DNA of 59,775 bases, filler included, from Platydemus manokwari (GCA_037951405.1; 5 parts of 5 records of this genome joined end to end with filler, not necessarily neighbours in it); one strand, 5' to 3'. Counted from the whole stretch's first letter, positions 1 to 14,642 are shown. The notes: generated by a model from the letters alone, not told the origin. Made by a program: numbers and translations.

Positions 1-240
1 ATGACTTTTGTGAACACTGGCATTATCTTCTTGAAACCAATAATTATTGCCATAGTTAAGTTTTATTACAGGTACAACATAGTTTCGCAAAAGTTCAACG
101 TATCTGTCTGAATTTAAAGTGTCTTTAATTATTCTAAATGACAGCAACCCGTTTGGCATAGCCATCATCCATACCATGACACTTCCACCTTTGCATTGTC
201 TCTTTGTTCGTTGAATTTTTAAGTCCTTCCTAACATATGA
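1..240 (-). mobile_element. Tc1-family DDE transposase fragment (runs off window start)
   Basis: Manual minus-strand translation is open: ...RQCKGGSVMVWMMAMPNGLLSFRIIKDTLNSDRYVELLRNYVVPVIKLNYGNNYWFQEDNASVHKSH. This matches the Tc1 GGSVMVW and FQ(Q/E)DNA..H motifs. Confidence 0.85.
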
Positions 241-1992
241 TGATAGTTTTATTACTACAATCATATATCGGCGGACTACCTTTTTCCATTGACAATGGCA
301 GTATCATCAAACAATCATAAACCTTACAAAATATGTCAAAATAATTTCCATAATTAAAATTAGAAAGCATCGACATCGATCAAAAACTGACATCAGTTAA
401 GTTAGATTATTAAATTAGATCATGAGGTTATTAAATAAGAAAATACTGGAAGAATAATATATGCATGATATTAATTTATTATTATATATTTATTGAATTT
501 TAATCTAATCAAGGATTATTTATTTCAAAGAAGTAAAACTATAAAAATCATTGAAACAATCATAAAATAACCGATGTAATATCCAATTTTGATATTTGGT
601 CTCAACTCCAATTATCATTTATCGTAATTATTTCCTTTTTATAGTTAGCCTCATTTAATTAATCCAATCGATCTAATCGCATTCAAATTATTCAATTCCA
701 CCAATCGAAATTAATTCCTTATTCGAATTCAAAAACAGTCAGCATAAATTCTCAATTCAATTTTTCAGTATTCAATCAAATTAGATTTGAATAATTTAGT
801 TTTTAAATATTTAAATCGATATGACATTCAAATTTCAATTTGAATAAAGATATCCACGAAAAATAATTGATTCCACTTCAATTTCTGACTTTTAGAATGA
901 GATATTAATGTGAAATGGAATATTAAAGGAAATAAATTTAAACAAAATCAAATAAAAAGTGAACTACAAAAGAACAGAAAAAAAATCGTGAAGAATCACC
1001 TACAGCTACCAAAATTAACAGTTACGATTAATTTAAACCATTATCCTGACGAAATCTCTGTGATGATGAAAGTAAATATATTTCCTCCCAAACATACAAG
1101 TAGTAGTTTTCTTGTCAATCGTAGAGGAAAACATTAATATATACAATATGAAGATAACCCGATGTCATAACTTTTATTAATTCAAAAACTAATTCTGAAT
1201 ATTTAAATAAACATGTCAGATTTTATCTAACTAATTATACTCTTTCTAATTGTACCGGTAAATAAATGATGAATTAACGGAAAACACAAAAATTATTTTC
1301 CTTCAAAGAACTTTAAACTCTAATTGATGTTTCTATTGAAGTATCGTGAACAGTTTAAATAATAATGTAGTAATGTTAATTGTCTCCTGCACTTCTTAAA
1401 TTTAACCTTTATCAGCGAAGATTGTGTTCGATTGTAATTTGGGAATAATTCTAGATATTCGATTTGTTTAAATATTCTGAATAACGTGGATTTTCAAATT
1501 TAATAAATTGTTATGGAATTAAGCGGTGTTTAAATGTTCTAAAAGGCGTAATAGTTCATTAATTAATTTAAAATGTAATTTAATCGATTTTCTTATCTCT
1601 CATTGATATTGTTTACATTTTGATTTTCATATACTCTCATGCCTATAAAGTTAAGTGCCTGCGCTATAAACGCCATCAAACAATTGTTTTGAATAAGCAA
1701 ATGTTAGTCGGAACAAATTTGATATACGCATCGCCTATTTTAATCATCAAACTAAACCAGAACTCCCTAAGGATTTGCGCTTATCAACAATTATGCCCAT
1801 GTTGGATTCTCCATTGCTATAATTTCGCACTTGATGGGCCTCTAAATCTTAATTTATAAAATTTCTCAAACGTTAATATCATTCCGTATTATCAAAATGA
1901 AACTTAAAATGACGATTATTAAATAAAAACTTATCAATTAAATATTTTCAAGTATTTTGTTTAAAATGTTTTGCAAAATAAAAGTAAATTAC

Positions 1993-2543
1993 CTTGAAAA
2001 TTAAAATTATCATATTCTTCCCAATTTTGCATTTCTTTGTCAAAACATTTTAAATCCGCTGACACTAATTCGATATTTGATTCTTTGGATTTTTTTACTT
2101 CTGATGCCATATATATAAATGGTTTTCTTTCTTCATTTTTCTTTTTTAGATGAGGAATAGTAATGGAATTATAAAGTGAAGCGTTATTTGACAGATTATT
2201 ATCTTTAATATTGATTACGTCTTTCGGTGAAAGTTTAAATTCAGTTTTATAATCAAGCAACTCTCCATTCTCTTGAGGTGCGGATAGACTCGATTCGTTT
2301 ATCTCATTATTCAAATCAACTGAATTCGTGCTTGAATATCTTCCAGGATCACTTTTTCTCAAATTATTCCTTTGAACACTTTCTTTATTTGTATGTTGGT
2401 GTGGAAGAAATGAATGAAGAGAAATTTTATCTTTAAGATTAGAATTCCTTATTAGGTTTACCAAATTTTTTCGTCCTCGTACATCTCCATTACTTGAAAA
2501 AATAAGATTAGAATTAGAATCCAAATCCATTCCTCTATTAAAT
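1993..2543 (-). CDS. Large exon of an unknown, low-complexity N/S/K-rich host protein
   Basis: 189-codon ORF in very AT-rich DNA, bounded by an acceptor (TTTGCAG, exon from 2543) and a donor (CAAG|GTAATT at 1992). A phase-compatible next exon lies at about 1841-1758 (EAHQVRNYSNGESNMGIIVDKRKSLGSS). No recognisable domain. Confidence 0.55.
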
Positions 2544-3542
2544 CTGCAAATACTGATACATAACTGAAAGATTATTCTAACAAATACTGTTTAATGATTG
2601 TTTTATGATCTTTGCAACATATATGGTGCTTGTTATGAATGTGCTGACCACTGTGAATAAATTTGTTATTAATATTTTATAAGTTGGAGTAAATAATGAT
2701 TACAATTTTGTTTATTAATAAAAATAATTTTAATTTTAAAAAATCGAAGGTTAAATAAAAAATAATTAATTTTTTATTAATATATTTTTTATTAAAAAAT
2801 TCTTAACATCTTTATAGCAATTTTGTTAAAAATCAATTAATTCGTGTCAATCAATATTGGAGAGTTTGAATTTTCTTTAATTAGTAATTATCTATATTTT
2901 AGTATTAATCTTGGCTTGATTTTAATATTTTTCAACAAATAATTTTAATTTTAGAAGTAAATTAATAAACGCTATGCGGAATTTGTGTTTCAAATCAACT
3001 TCTTTTTTCTATGTATAAATATTTAGGTTTTCTGGATTTGACAAAAAACTGTGGATGGTAAACAGTACCATCTTGACTTGGAGATTGGATATAAGAGCTT
3101 AAAAAACCTTGTAAACTATTAATTAAACCATTAAATATGTCGAGCGTAATACGGCTGGGTTATTGTTTGTTTTTGTAATTCCATAATAACTTAATGAGCT
3201 TGGATAATCTTGATCACTACTCTTGTCTTATGAGTTTCTGTAAATTCTTCTATATAACCCAGGTATTCTTTCAAATCGACACTACATATAATATGATGAT
3301 TACAGGAGTGATAAAGTCATTTAACAAAATGCGTTCTATTCTCACTTTTGAACTCTTATTTAGCATGTTATTCCAATTCTATTTTATCAGCGATAAAAGC
3401 TAAGTTTTCAAAAATTGAATTACGTTACTATCTTACAATACACAATTATACGCCAAAAAATGGAGGAGTTTTATAAAAACAATTTCATTTACATTGATAA
3501 AAAATGCTACACTAGCTATTCCAAAATATTAATATTTGGTAT

Positions 3543-4102
3543 TGTTGAGTAGGTCAAAGCCTCTCAAAATATTTACAGGAATCAGGAAAATAAAGAGTTG
3601 ACTCACACAGATCCGATAAACGCACGTGCCAAAAACCAATAAGATTCCTTCTAATACTAATCCATATTTAGAAATTAAAAACCGACTGGCACATACCAAC
3701 AAATGGCAGCAAACTCAGATCACTGCCAATCGCACAAGATATGCAAGGGAAATTACTAGCATATCTATGTACGAACGAATTCAGAAAATGACAAACAAAG
3801 CTCCGGGACATCCAACAAGCACACTCAATAGTTTTATAAAAATGTTGAATTCCATAAGTAACTGCCAGTCTTGTTTGCTCGGTAATATGTATTCCATTCT
3901 TAACTTTTAGGTGTTTTTCAGCAGCCAGTCTTTTTGGTTGTTTTCTATTCTGTGTTCGACTTTCAGGCTCTGATCCCGTCTTGTATGATAATTTGTTATT
4001 GAATTGTGACACGATTTTAACTGTATCTGTTCATAAATGGAGCTTGTGATATTATAGTTTAAATTATAATCTTCATGTTTCATTGTTAGTTCATACCCAA
4101 CA
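3543..4102 (+). mobile_element. Solo LTR (560 bp)
   Basis: Ends TGTTGAGTA...TACCCAACA with an exact 4-bp target-site duplication GTAT on both sides. Internal CCAAT and TATAAAA. A diverged homologue lies at 27850-28392. Confidence 0.85.
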
Positions 4103-5039
4103 GTATAAAACAAACACACTCAGTAGCCCTAAACTATATGCAGCTTTGAATTTCTTAAGAAACTTTGAAAACCTTGGCTTGAATAAGATTTTAGCATAAA
4201 ATGGGTTAATTCTTTCCAATTCGAAGCTAGTAGTGATTTCTTAAACAGGCTTTCAGTGAATTTTTAGCTCTCTTTATATACCATTTTGATCAGGATGGAT
4301 TATGGTAAATTATTACCGTAAGATTATTGTTATTTCAGATGGAACAATAATTCTCACAGGATTATGATTCTTATAAGATTAATATTTCTGTTTCTAAGGA
4401 GTAACTTGAATTTTATTCTACACAATTATATTCCATTTTTCCGTAAATTAACATTATCTGGGAATTATTTAACCTCATTGGGTTATTTTTATTACGATCG
4501 ATTTAGTATTTTTCTTGAAATATGACATTTCACAATTTATCATTTCGTCGGCATTAAATAATATTCACGTATTTTTAAATTACTTTTAATTATTAATAAA
4601 AACTGGATAAAACACAATTTAACAAAATAGTTATTTTGAATTAAATACACATTTATAAAAATATTCATAAAAATTATCACAGTATGGTGTCAAGAATTAT
4701 TACACTAAAATATACACAAGGTTATAAATTGTTTATCATGATATTTATTGCTTATAAACACAAGAATGCTGGATCCCAACAAACGTATTAAAAAACGACA
4801 AGTAGTTTTGTTAGCTCACTCTCCAAGAAGGAGAAAAAAAGTAGCATCAACCTCCTGTGTCTATCTCGTCAGTGGGGTTTAGTCAATAGGATGCGCATCA
4901 GCTAGAGACAGAATCAAAATGACAATGAAGAGAATGATATCTCATTGAATAGGTGTATAAAAGAAAATAGCTGAATTTTAGGGTGTTCCAGTTAGATTTG
5001 GGACTAACAGATTTGGTGAAGCACGATATTCGAACAAAA

Positions 5040-6250
5040 GGAGAACCTATTATGCAAAACCCAGGATGCAGCCAGTAAAATTAGAAACCAAAATTCAAGA
5101 ATTGATAGAAAATCTTCTCGAAAGTAATGTCATAAAGCCTTGCGAGAGTCATTTTTCCTAAGAAAGATGGATCGATCATGATGTGTTTAGACTTTGGAAA
5201 AGTAAACGAACAGACCGAGAAGCTTTCATTTCCGTTACCTGATATCCAAACGTTATTGGACTCGATTTATAGTACGACAGTTTTCTCCACGATAGATTTA
5301 GGCCAAGCATAATATCAGGTTGAACTTGAGGAAGATTCTAAGTTGAAAACGGCATTCAGCACTAGAACTGGGCAGTTCTGTCTTAACAGACTACCTTTAG
5401 ATTATGTACCGCGCCACCAACGGTTCTGAATACGATATTTAAAGATTTAATTTATAATGACGTTCTTGTTTACTTGGACGATATTTTAGTGCATGGAAGG
5501 ACAGTAGAGGAACACAATGAGAAACTCGACAAGGTATTCAGTTTTATTAAATCATCAGGTTTGAATATCAATCCCAAAATGTTATTTTGGCAATAGAAAA
5601 CTGAATTTCCTGGATCATACGATTAGTGCAGAAGGTATAGAAAATATTAACGACAAAGTAAAGAGGAATAAGAAAGCAATTAAGTTCGGTTCCACTACTC
5701 AGTTGAGGTTGTTCTTAGGATTATGCAATTATTACAGATGATTTATCAAAGACTACGCATTTATTACGACCCTATTATATGCGATGATGACCGGAAGTAA
5801 CAAGAAATTGGAGTGGACTACATAGTGTGAGAAAAGTTTTGAATACTTAAATGAACAATTATGCACAGCACTGATTTTTGGTTTTTGGGATTCAAACAAA
5901 GAGATGATTTTAGGTACAGCTCTAGTTTCAGAGCTGTTGGGGGCATTTTTAACCAGTTGGATAATAATGGGAAAGAGAGAGTAGCCTGTGGTTCTAGAAC
6001 TCTTAACAGTCATAGAAAGGTTATTGCGTCAGGAGGAAGGAGCTTTTGGTAATCTACGAGTTCATTATTTATTTTAAACATTATCTACTAGGAAAGAAAT
6101 TTGTGACTCGCATTGATCACAAGTCATTGACATACATGTAGAAAACTAACAAACAGATTAGCTCCCAGTTTCAAACATGGTCTGCAAACTTATCCGGGTT
6201 CAATTCTGAACTTTAATACCGGAAGGGATTAGATCATGAAAATGCTGAAG
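5040..6250 (+). pseudogene. Degenerate Ty3/Gypsy pol (RT-RNase H) relic
   Basis: Fragments across frames, with stops and frameshifts: RKDGSIMMCLDFGKVN, FSTIDLGQA, KTAFSTRTGQF, VLVYLDDILVHG, HYLLGKKFVTRIDHKSL, YRKGLDHENAE. Confidence 0.9.
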
Positions 6251-7099
6251 GATATGCAAAGCAATTTGCTCATAGTTCTTCACTAAACAACAATGGGCTA
6301 AGGAAGATTCAACAATTAAATGTTGTCATTGGTTCCATTTGAAAAACGGTTACAGAAAAGGAAAATTTAACTCATTTTTGTAATCTTTTTAATTTCTCTG
6401 CTTGCTCAGAAATTAGTTTTTATAACATTTTTATAATATGTGGTTTTATAACTTTTGGGAAACTACAAGTTTTGTTCTAACACCTCTTCCTGTGACTACC
6501 TGCATCTTTACTCTCGCTTTTCAAATTTATAGGGATGATTGTTTATTCCTACTTAATTTTCCTACTTAAGCAAAATTGTATCTCCGCCTCCTTTTTCCTT
6601 AAATATTTTAGAAAGTCATTTCTCGGTTGAAAATTATTTCGATTATTTTCATGTGTCAATTTAATTGGAAGCAAATCAAAAGTTTATTTTACCTATACCA
6701 TGTGATAATGGCCTTTAGAATTTCTACACTTTGGTCTTGTACTGGAAATAAGAAGCAATCGGGTTATTGGTGAATTTCGATTTTTAATTAACAATTTAAA
6801 ATCTTTAGTTTTATTTCATTGGAGTCAATTCAGATAATTACTTTAAGCCTATTCGATAAATATTTTATTATTTTTAAAATTAATATTTATACAAAAATAC
6901 AAATTATAAAATTGATGATATTGTATTAATAATTATAAACCTATAAATTGTTTATGATAGGCTATTGAGTTAATAGTTGAATAAATTTCTCTTTGTTTAA
7001 ATATTTGTTAATTTAAGTATTTTGCTTGAATAACATTGAGGTTTAATTTTATTATTTCATTTTAAATAAATTCATTTAAATTAATTAGAGTATTCACAA

Positions 7100-10000
7100 A
7101 TGAATAATTCATTCAATTTTGGTTCTAATAATCAAGCACCAACATTTGGTAGCAATTTTACATTGAATAATCAGCCAAATAATGGATTCAATATAACATC
7201 ATCTCAACAAAAACCCACAGGCTTTTCTTCACCTGTTGTAACGCAAAATTCAATTTTCGGAAGTAATACTGGAAATACCAGTAATTCCAGTTTTGGAATG
7301 ACAAATAAAATGACAAACCCAACCCTTAATACGAACAATCAGAGTAATTTATTATTTGGAAACAATGTAAATCAAACAGCAAATATGTTTCCCAATACTT
7401 CATCTGTTGCGAATCAATCTACTACAAGTAATGTGTTCGGTTCTAATCAAAATTCGTTCGGTCTAACTCAAGGTCCCACTAGTACGAAATCTGCAGTTTC
7501 TTTTGGTGCAACTTCAAATACATCTGGCTTTTCTTTTAGTAATACAAGTTCGACAACAACATCTAACAATTTTTTTGGGAGTCAATCGAATACTCCTAGT
7601 TTTGGTAATCCAAATCCTGCAGCTAATACTACTGCTGGATTTGCGTTTAATTTAAACAATGCCGTAACATCAAACAGTTTAACTACTGGATTTCAAAATC
7701 CTACACTAAATGCAGGAAATGGAACCCAAAGTAATGCTACTCAGTCTATTTTTGGTAGTACGTCAAGCAACTCTGGATTCCAATTAACAAATAACTTATC
7801 AAATACATCAAGCAACTCTGGGTTTCAATTAACAAATAATTTGTCAAGTACATCAAGCAGTTTTAATTTTTCTAATCAGAGTACCTCAAATTCAATTTCC
7901 AACGGATTTACTAATAATGCCATTACAAATGCTAATTCAGTTCAAACAGGAATAAATTTTGGTAGTTCACTAGCAAATTCCACGTCTACTGCATTCTCTT
8001 TTGGTGGAGTTCAATCGAATCAAAATAGTGTTAGTGGTTTAAGTTTTGGATCATTACAGACAACTACTAGTACGTTGTCATTCCAATCGAGTAACCCATT
8101 AATCAGCAGTACTACTGTTACGCAAATAAATACATCCACTCCATTTTCGACAATTTCAAGTTCGTTTTTGTCTCAACCAACAACCTCGAGTTCTACACTT
8201 GGTTTCGCCAATGCAGTCAGTTCTGCTAAACTACCACAATCTATGACTACAACTACGTCTTCATTGTTTCCATTGGCCTCAACAAATGCCCCCACTTTGT
8301 CATCACTGACGGTTACTAAAGCAAGTACAAGTCCTTTCATGAATCTTAATTTGCCTAGTTCAACAACTGTCTCACAACAAGGATTTGGATTTACAAATAC
8401 GGGATTAGGAGGAATATCTACGACAAAGGTGCTGTCAAATAATGCATCTCCGCTAGCTGTTAGTTCGATTTCAGCGAAAAAGGGTCTCGGTGGCTCACCG
8501 ATTTCCGATACCAATAAATCCGGTTTATCAAAAGATGCAGTTCAAAAAATCGGGTATGATTTGATTTATCAATTTTTATCACTGAAATATTCTCCTCAGA
8601 ATTGTCAAGCAAGTTAAAGATGCAGAATTGCAACCTGAACTCAGAGAAACCGTGGAAACATTTAAGTGAGTAATTTTTTAGCAGGGTTTCGGTTTAAAAT
8701 TGATTGAAAAATGATAGAAAATTTGTTGTTGAACAGAAAAAATTGCGTGAGGAAATCATCAAATTAAATGATGTGACGAATTTATTAGCTCGAGTTGAAG
8801 AGGAATCTCAGACGCTTCGACAATCCATATCTCAAGTTGCCAATGGATTGCAAAAGATTCAAGTTCAAAGCAATAAATTGAAATCGGACATAGCTAAGGT
8901 GATTTTCTCAATCGATTTGATGTTTTAATGACCATTTCTAGGAACAATCCAGTGTTAAAATAGCTCAAATCGGTTCAGATACGTCATTGAGTTTGACAAT
9001 CGATCGGTCGGATTCTTCCAGGTTTGTAAAATGATTTCCATTATTTATTATTATTTTGATTCAACAAGATAATATTATCGATAATTATTCACTCTTTTAA
9101 ACATCTTTCTCTAATTCATCGTCAAAATTCTCTTTTCACTTCTTGTCGACAGTTTTGTGATCTCAATTATTGATTTTTCTTTTTCACATTCAATTCTATT
9201 TTATCATCTCACAATCCTACGAGCTCATCTTGATTGATGTCATTATTATTATTTTGCGGATATTTATTGATTTTTAACACAGCACACCATCTATTATTCC
9301 AATCGATATCGGAATATCTCATTATATCTATAAATGAAAAATTAATGCCAACTAATTAATTAGAGAATCTCTAAAAATTATTTGAAATTATCTAAACAGA
9401 ATATTTCGTTCAAAATTTTTTTCCTCATTTCGATTATCCGTATAAATATTGATTACCATAGCAACACGCAATTGAGGAACCAAAATATGGTTAAAATTGG
9501 CTACTGCCTAGATTTGATTAAAATTAGTTAAGTGGTTATTAGTTGGAATTCAATATAGGAATAATTATTGATTTATGTGTTTAAAAATCTATATCTTACT
9601 GATGAGTGAAAAGAATTACAAAATATGTCTCTATTAGTGAGAGCTGGCTGTTGAGATAATCGGCACACCTTGCCAATCCTTAAATGACTCATATTTATTC
9701 AATTAAAATTTCAACACATTTTTGCTACTATTATTTATCAATTATTTTCAGTTATTTCGCTAACAAAGTTCGAGAATTGGAAAATCGAGCTGGACTGTAT
9801 TTACAAGAAATCGAAGTAGTGGAAGCGATGTGCAATTCTCCAAATAGATCGGCACTGACAACGCGAGATTTGGTTGAAATCATTCGAAAAATGGACGACG
9901 AATTCATTGGATTGGCAGCCAATCTCTACATGGTTCATGAGCGAGTCAAAACTGCTAAAGCGGAATATTTGCGTCGCATGAAACAGATGAATAATCACCA

Positions 10001-12789
10001 GAATCCCTTTTTGTCAATCGAGGGTCGATTTGGTGAAACATTCGAATCGGTGAGTGGATTGAACAATTCCAGGAAATCGAATGCTCCACAAAATTCAGCA
10101 GTGCGATTCAGTGACAGCATTGGCGGTTCACCTTTCGATAACAGTTGCTACATGAATCAAGTGGCTTCCTTTTCTTTTCCTAAGACAAATTCTTTCCAGA
10201 AACCGAGCATCTTTGGAATCAACAACAACAATAACAGTTAGATAAAATAAATCTTTTCGTATTTGTTTTTTCCTTCTCTACACAGATCAACCGATTTTGT
10301 CGTCGACAACAACGACTTCGAGTCCATTCTCGAACACTACAACCTCATTTGCTCTAAACAAACCAACCAGTATGTATAATTCAGTTTTATTGTTAATCAA
10401 TACTATAATTACTGTTTGTATGTGATGGAATGGCGGGCTTGTGTTAAGCGATTTGATTGGATGCCGTTTTCATTTATCAAATCAATATATTAACATATCT
10501 TGTTAAGATAAGGATTAATTAAATGTGTGTGTGTGCCTAAATTAGCTGTCTAATTATATATAATCATTATATCTAATAATCGAACTAATACGACATATAT
10601 ATCGAAATGATTATTTTATTTATTGTTTTTATTATCATTTGAAATTTGTGCCAAAGAGAATTTTTGTAACTGCTGCTAGATCGTTAAAGATCTTTTTAAA
10701 TCACTTTCATTTATTGTTGAATGAAACGTACATGTTCTTTATATATACAGGGTGGCACAAGAGTAGATTTACAGTTTTTAAAGTGTGTGTGTGTGTGTCA
10801 AAACGTCCTGGAGAGATTTGAAGAATGTTGCAATGTTGAAGGGGGATATTTTGAGCATCTGAGATATTAAATTGTTTGTGTTAACAGGTATAACGAATTT
10901 CCCGCTGTTCTAGTGTCGAATTTTCAAATAAATAGTATACGTGATGACTGTAAACCGACTTTTGGGCATCTCTCTCTATCTATCTATATATATAATGTTT
11001 TAATTATCAAAGATATTATCAAATCTGGTTTTCTATTGAATATGTCGCATATTTAAATGTGAGGAATGGGGATATTAGTATATATGGAGTTATAAATACT
11101 GAAATCAAGTACCATAATGTTGTCAAATCTATATAAGTGTAAGAGAGAACTGCGGCCTTTGATCATTGGTTGAGAGTATTAAATTCCAATAAAAATATTT
11201 GTGCACACACAATCCATACCTAACGAATATTTTGGCATTTGATTTTTAAAAGGTGGAACTGAACAGAAATGATATTTTAAGTTTTAAAAACTTGAAATTC
11301 CCCATATTTATCTGTGACAACGTTGAGGTTTGAAATGTTTGATAATTTTGTTCGTCAGTTGATGGTGTCATCTTAATAAGTATTTCGTGTAAGCACATTT
11401 TTTAATATAAATATTAATTCTTATTCGTTAGAAGTTGAAATTTCATTTCAATGCACTTTATCATTGATCTTGTAATAAATTTCACAAAATATTTTTAAAG
11501 ACTATTAGATTTCCAATAATTACTTTTGTATGAATCTCGTGAATATATGAAAATAAGAGCACTTGATAACTCATTATGCGGAGGTCCCAAAGTACAATTT
11601 TAATGCAATTAATTTGAATAAAAATGAAATATATTTTTCCGACTGAATTCGTGATCAGTTTCATCAAATTTATTTTTTATATTCGGTAAATGTTGGCAAA
11701 CTCAAAATCATAGAATATTTAGAACTTATTGACTTCATTATTGTGAATATGTTTTCGTTTATTGCTACTACATGTAATAGTTGCACAAAACCGAAACAGT
11801 TACCCAAACCAACGCGTTTTAAAATCCTTTTTTTGGATTTTAACTTTTTTTGATAATTCCTGAATTTCAATTTTCCCTTCAAGTTTCATTATTAGAAGCA
11901 TTTGGGCGGCATCTAATAGCTAAAAAATATATACTGAAATAAAAAATATCTTTAATAATATGATAAATTCAGTCGAACTCAGTTAAACATACCGTCATTT
12001 TGAACGGGGTTCACTAAAAACAAATGAAAACCAGCCAAATTTATTTTAAAATCAATAATATTATATTCACATGCAACTGAATATTTTTCCAATTTGCCAT
12101 AGCTTGTCAAACCAGAACTCTTAATCTATCTTTAACGGATTTTTATAAAATAAGATATTTTGTAAGACCAAAATATTTGAATCACAGTTGTTAAGTTGAT
12201 ATTTAAAATTTCAAAAGCCCAATTTCAAGTAAATAAATGTTTATTTCATAAGCCAAGATTCCAAAACTAATGCTGAGGACTTTCGGATTTATTTGTCCAA
12301 TGATCATAATTGTCTCGATTGGCGGTTTAAGATTACTCTTAAATTTACCGAAATAAATTCCTAGTAATCCATAGTAAATAATGATGTATTTTAGCTATCG
12401 AGGAATTATTCGAACTCAACTAAAATAAAAAATCAATATTTTCAAAAAATACTTGTATATGGAATGAGCAATGTGTTTATTTATAGATTTTCACTCATTC
12501 AAATAAAATATTTTATAAAGTGTCACGAATAATTCGTATATTACTCTGTTTGTGCTATACGTTTTGTTACTTGGATTTGTGTGTTCCCATTTGATTGAGT
12601 TCTTCATGAAAAGGTTGGAAAGTCTTTGTATTTAAGAAAACCAATTTGATTTTGAGATAATTGTTGCGAAAGTTCTTTTTGAAAAATATTTTTGTTAATT
12701 TTAGATTGAGATTTATTAGTTGATTTATACAAATTAAAATTTCAGATCTGTTTCTAACGGACACGGTATCGAACAAGAAGCGAAGATGA
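7100..12789 (+). CDS. NUP58: Nucleoporin Nup58/p58-p45 (NUPL1) homologue, 7 exons, about 797 aa
   Basis: Exons 7100-8553, 8600-8665, 8718-8898, 8942-9021, 9752-10236, 10286-10369 and 12746-12789 are all GT-AG and phase-compatible (2394 nt). FG/S/T/N-rich N-terminus. Coiled coil KFVVEQKKLREEI...YFANKV...FIGLAANLYMVHERVK resembles the vertebrate Nup58 core. C-terminus FALNKPT...NKKRR resembles Nup58 FQLKKPP..NKRGKR. The last two exons are less certain. Confidence 0.85.
10748..10975 (+). mobile_element. Tc1/mariner (maT/DD37D-like) non-autonomous element in the last Nup58 intron
   Basis: TA followed by TIR CAGGGTGGCACAAGAGTAGATTTACAGT, with a degenerate inverted copy at about 10947-10975. Internal remnant VEGGYFEHL resembles the transposase C-terminus. 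Confidence 0.65.
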
Positions 12790-12936
12790 ATGAACTTTAT
12801 GAATCGCCATGATCTTGTTTATATTAATAAATACTTAAAGATACTATTTTGTTGCGTGGGTTTTTTGCACATTTAATGTTGCTTGCTTCATAGATTTGTC
12901 AGTAGTGTTTGTAATAAATCGATTTTTATTGAATTT

Positions 12937-14642
12937 ATGAGATACAACGTAATAGTTATTGGGTCCGGTTTCGGTGGATTGTCCTGTGTTGCTCGCCTTA
13001 AAAAACTTGGAATTTCAAATTTTTTCGTTATTGAAGCCCGTGAAAATATTGGTGGTCGAGTAAAAATGATAAATTATGGTGGTTAGTGTTTATGTATTGA
13101 ATATATATATCAAGTCATATAATATACAATTCGTTAGGATAATACAGGGTAAAATAAATCGATAAATTCAGTTTCCAAATTGTGCTTGTTTTAAAATTAT
13201 TTTTTATTTTTAATTCGCTGTTATGAAACAGTGTTTTACATTTTTTAATCGATTATTGATTGGAACAATCATTATTTGAGCAAGTTTAGAAATTTAGATT
13301 ATCAGAGTGATATGAATTTGTTAAAAAACCATCCTCTTTAAGATACTATATATATTTCAATGAGACTGTTAATATTATTATTACAAATTATAAGTGAATG
13401 TTTCCTCAATAGAATTGTCATAACGATTAAAAAATCATGATTATTTTCTCAGGTTCTACGTTCAACATAGGACCAGAATGGCTACACGGTCAAAAGAGTA
13501 ACGCAGTTTATAGGATTGCTATAGAAAAACTTAAACTTGAGGTAAAAAACTCCAACGACTATAAATTCTATTTTAATGAGCCTGAAAATTTATTGATTGG
13601 CCAACGTGAAAAATTATTCAAATCATCTTTAGAAGATCTTCGAATTCGTGTTGATAATTTATTTACAAAATCAGATAATGAAGGATTAGAAAACAAAAGT
13701 TTATCTGACGTTTTATATTCGAATAAATCAATGATAAAGACGAAACTAGACAAATTTGTTCGTTATTGGGCATTTAATTATGAAATTGGTTCTCATCCCG
13801 AAGATTATTCCGCACTTGTTTACAAACTTTCTTCAAGTATCTACAAAAATGTTCCCCCTTTCTCTGATTTTTACTTTGTAAAGAAAGATGGGTATTCACA
13901 ACTGATAGATTATTTTCGTGAAGCAGCTGATATAAATGAAAATAATATCAAATTCAATGACCCAGTCAAAGAAATCCGATGTAATATTGACGGTGTTGAA
14001 GTGATGACAAAATCAGGATATCGCTATGAATCTGATTTTTGTATTTGCGCCGTGCCATTGTCGCTTATCAGTAATCGAGTGATAAAAATTCACCCAGATT
14101 TTAGCGTAGATTTTTACAAAACTATAAGCAAATTGAAATTTTCCACATATACTCGTATTTTTGTGGAACTTCAAAAACCATCTTGGATTAAACATTATGA
14201 TTGGCTTATAAATCTATCCGACAATTCAAAAGATGATATATGTTTGTGGCAAAATCCTCATGATAATTCCCAGGTTCTCATCGCTCATCTAAGCCATTAT
14301 GTGGAAAGTAACAAATTTAATTTGAGTGATAAAATCTCAAATAGTTTAAAAAATATATTGAAAAATGATTACAGAGGATTCAGTGATTTTAAATTAGTTT
14401 CTTTGGAAAATTGCCCATATAGTTTGGGTGCATTTCCGTGTGCCAGTTACGACTTTAATCTGAATGATGTGACTATTTTCAGGAAGCTTGATAGTCTAGA
14501 TCGTTTGAAATTCGTGGGTGACAGTTATGCACTTAATTATTATGGAACTGTTCAAGGAGCTGTTAAAAGCGGGGAAGACGCCGCCAATAAAATTTATGAA
14601 AAGTTTATGAAAAAAAGTAACATTATTCATAAAACTATTTGA
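12937..14642 (+). CDS. Flavin-containing amine oxidase (polyamine oxidase/MAO-like family), 2 exons, about 444 aa
   Basis: Exon 1 (12937-13081) has the GxGxxG FAD motif (VIVIGSGFGGL...EARENIGGRV). Intron 13082-13452 is GTTAGT...TCTCAG. Exon 2 (13453-14642) contains GPEWLHG, PYSLGAF and FVGD...YGTVQGAVKSGEDAA. Confidence 0.92.
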
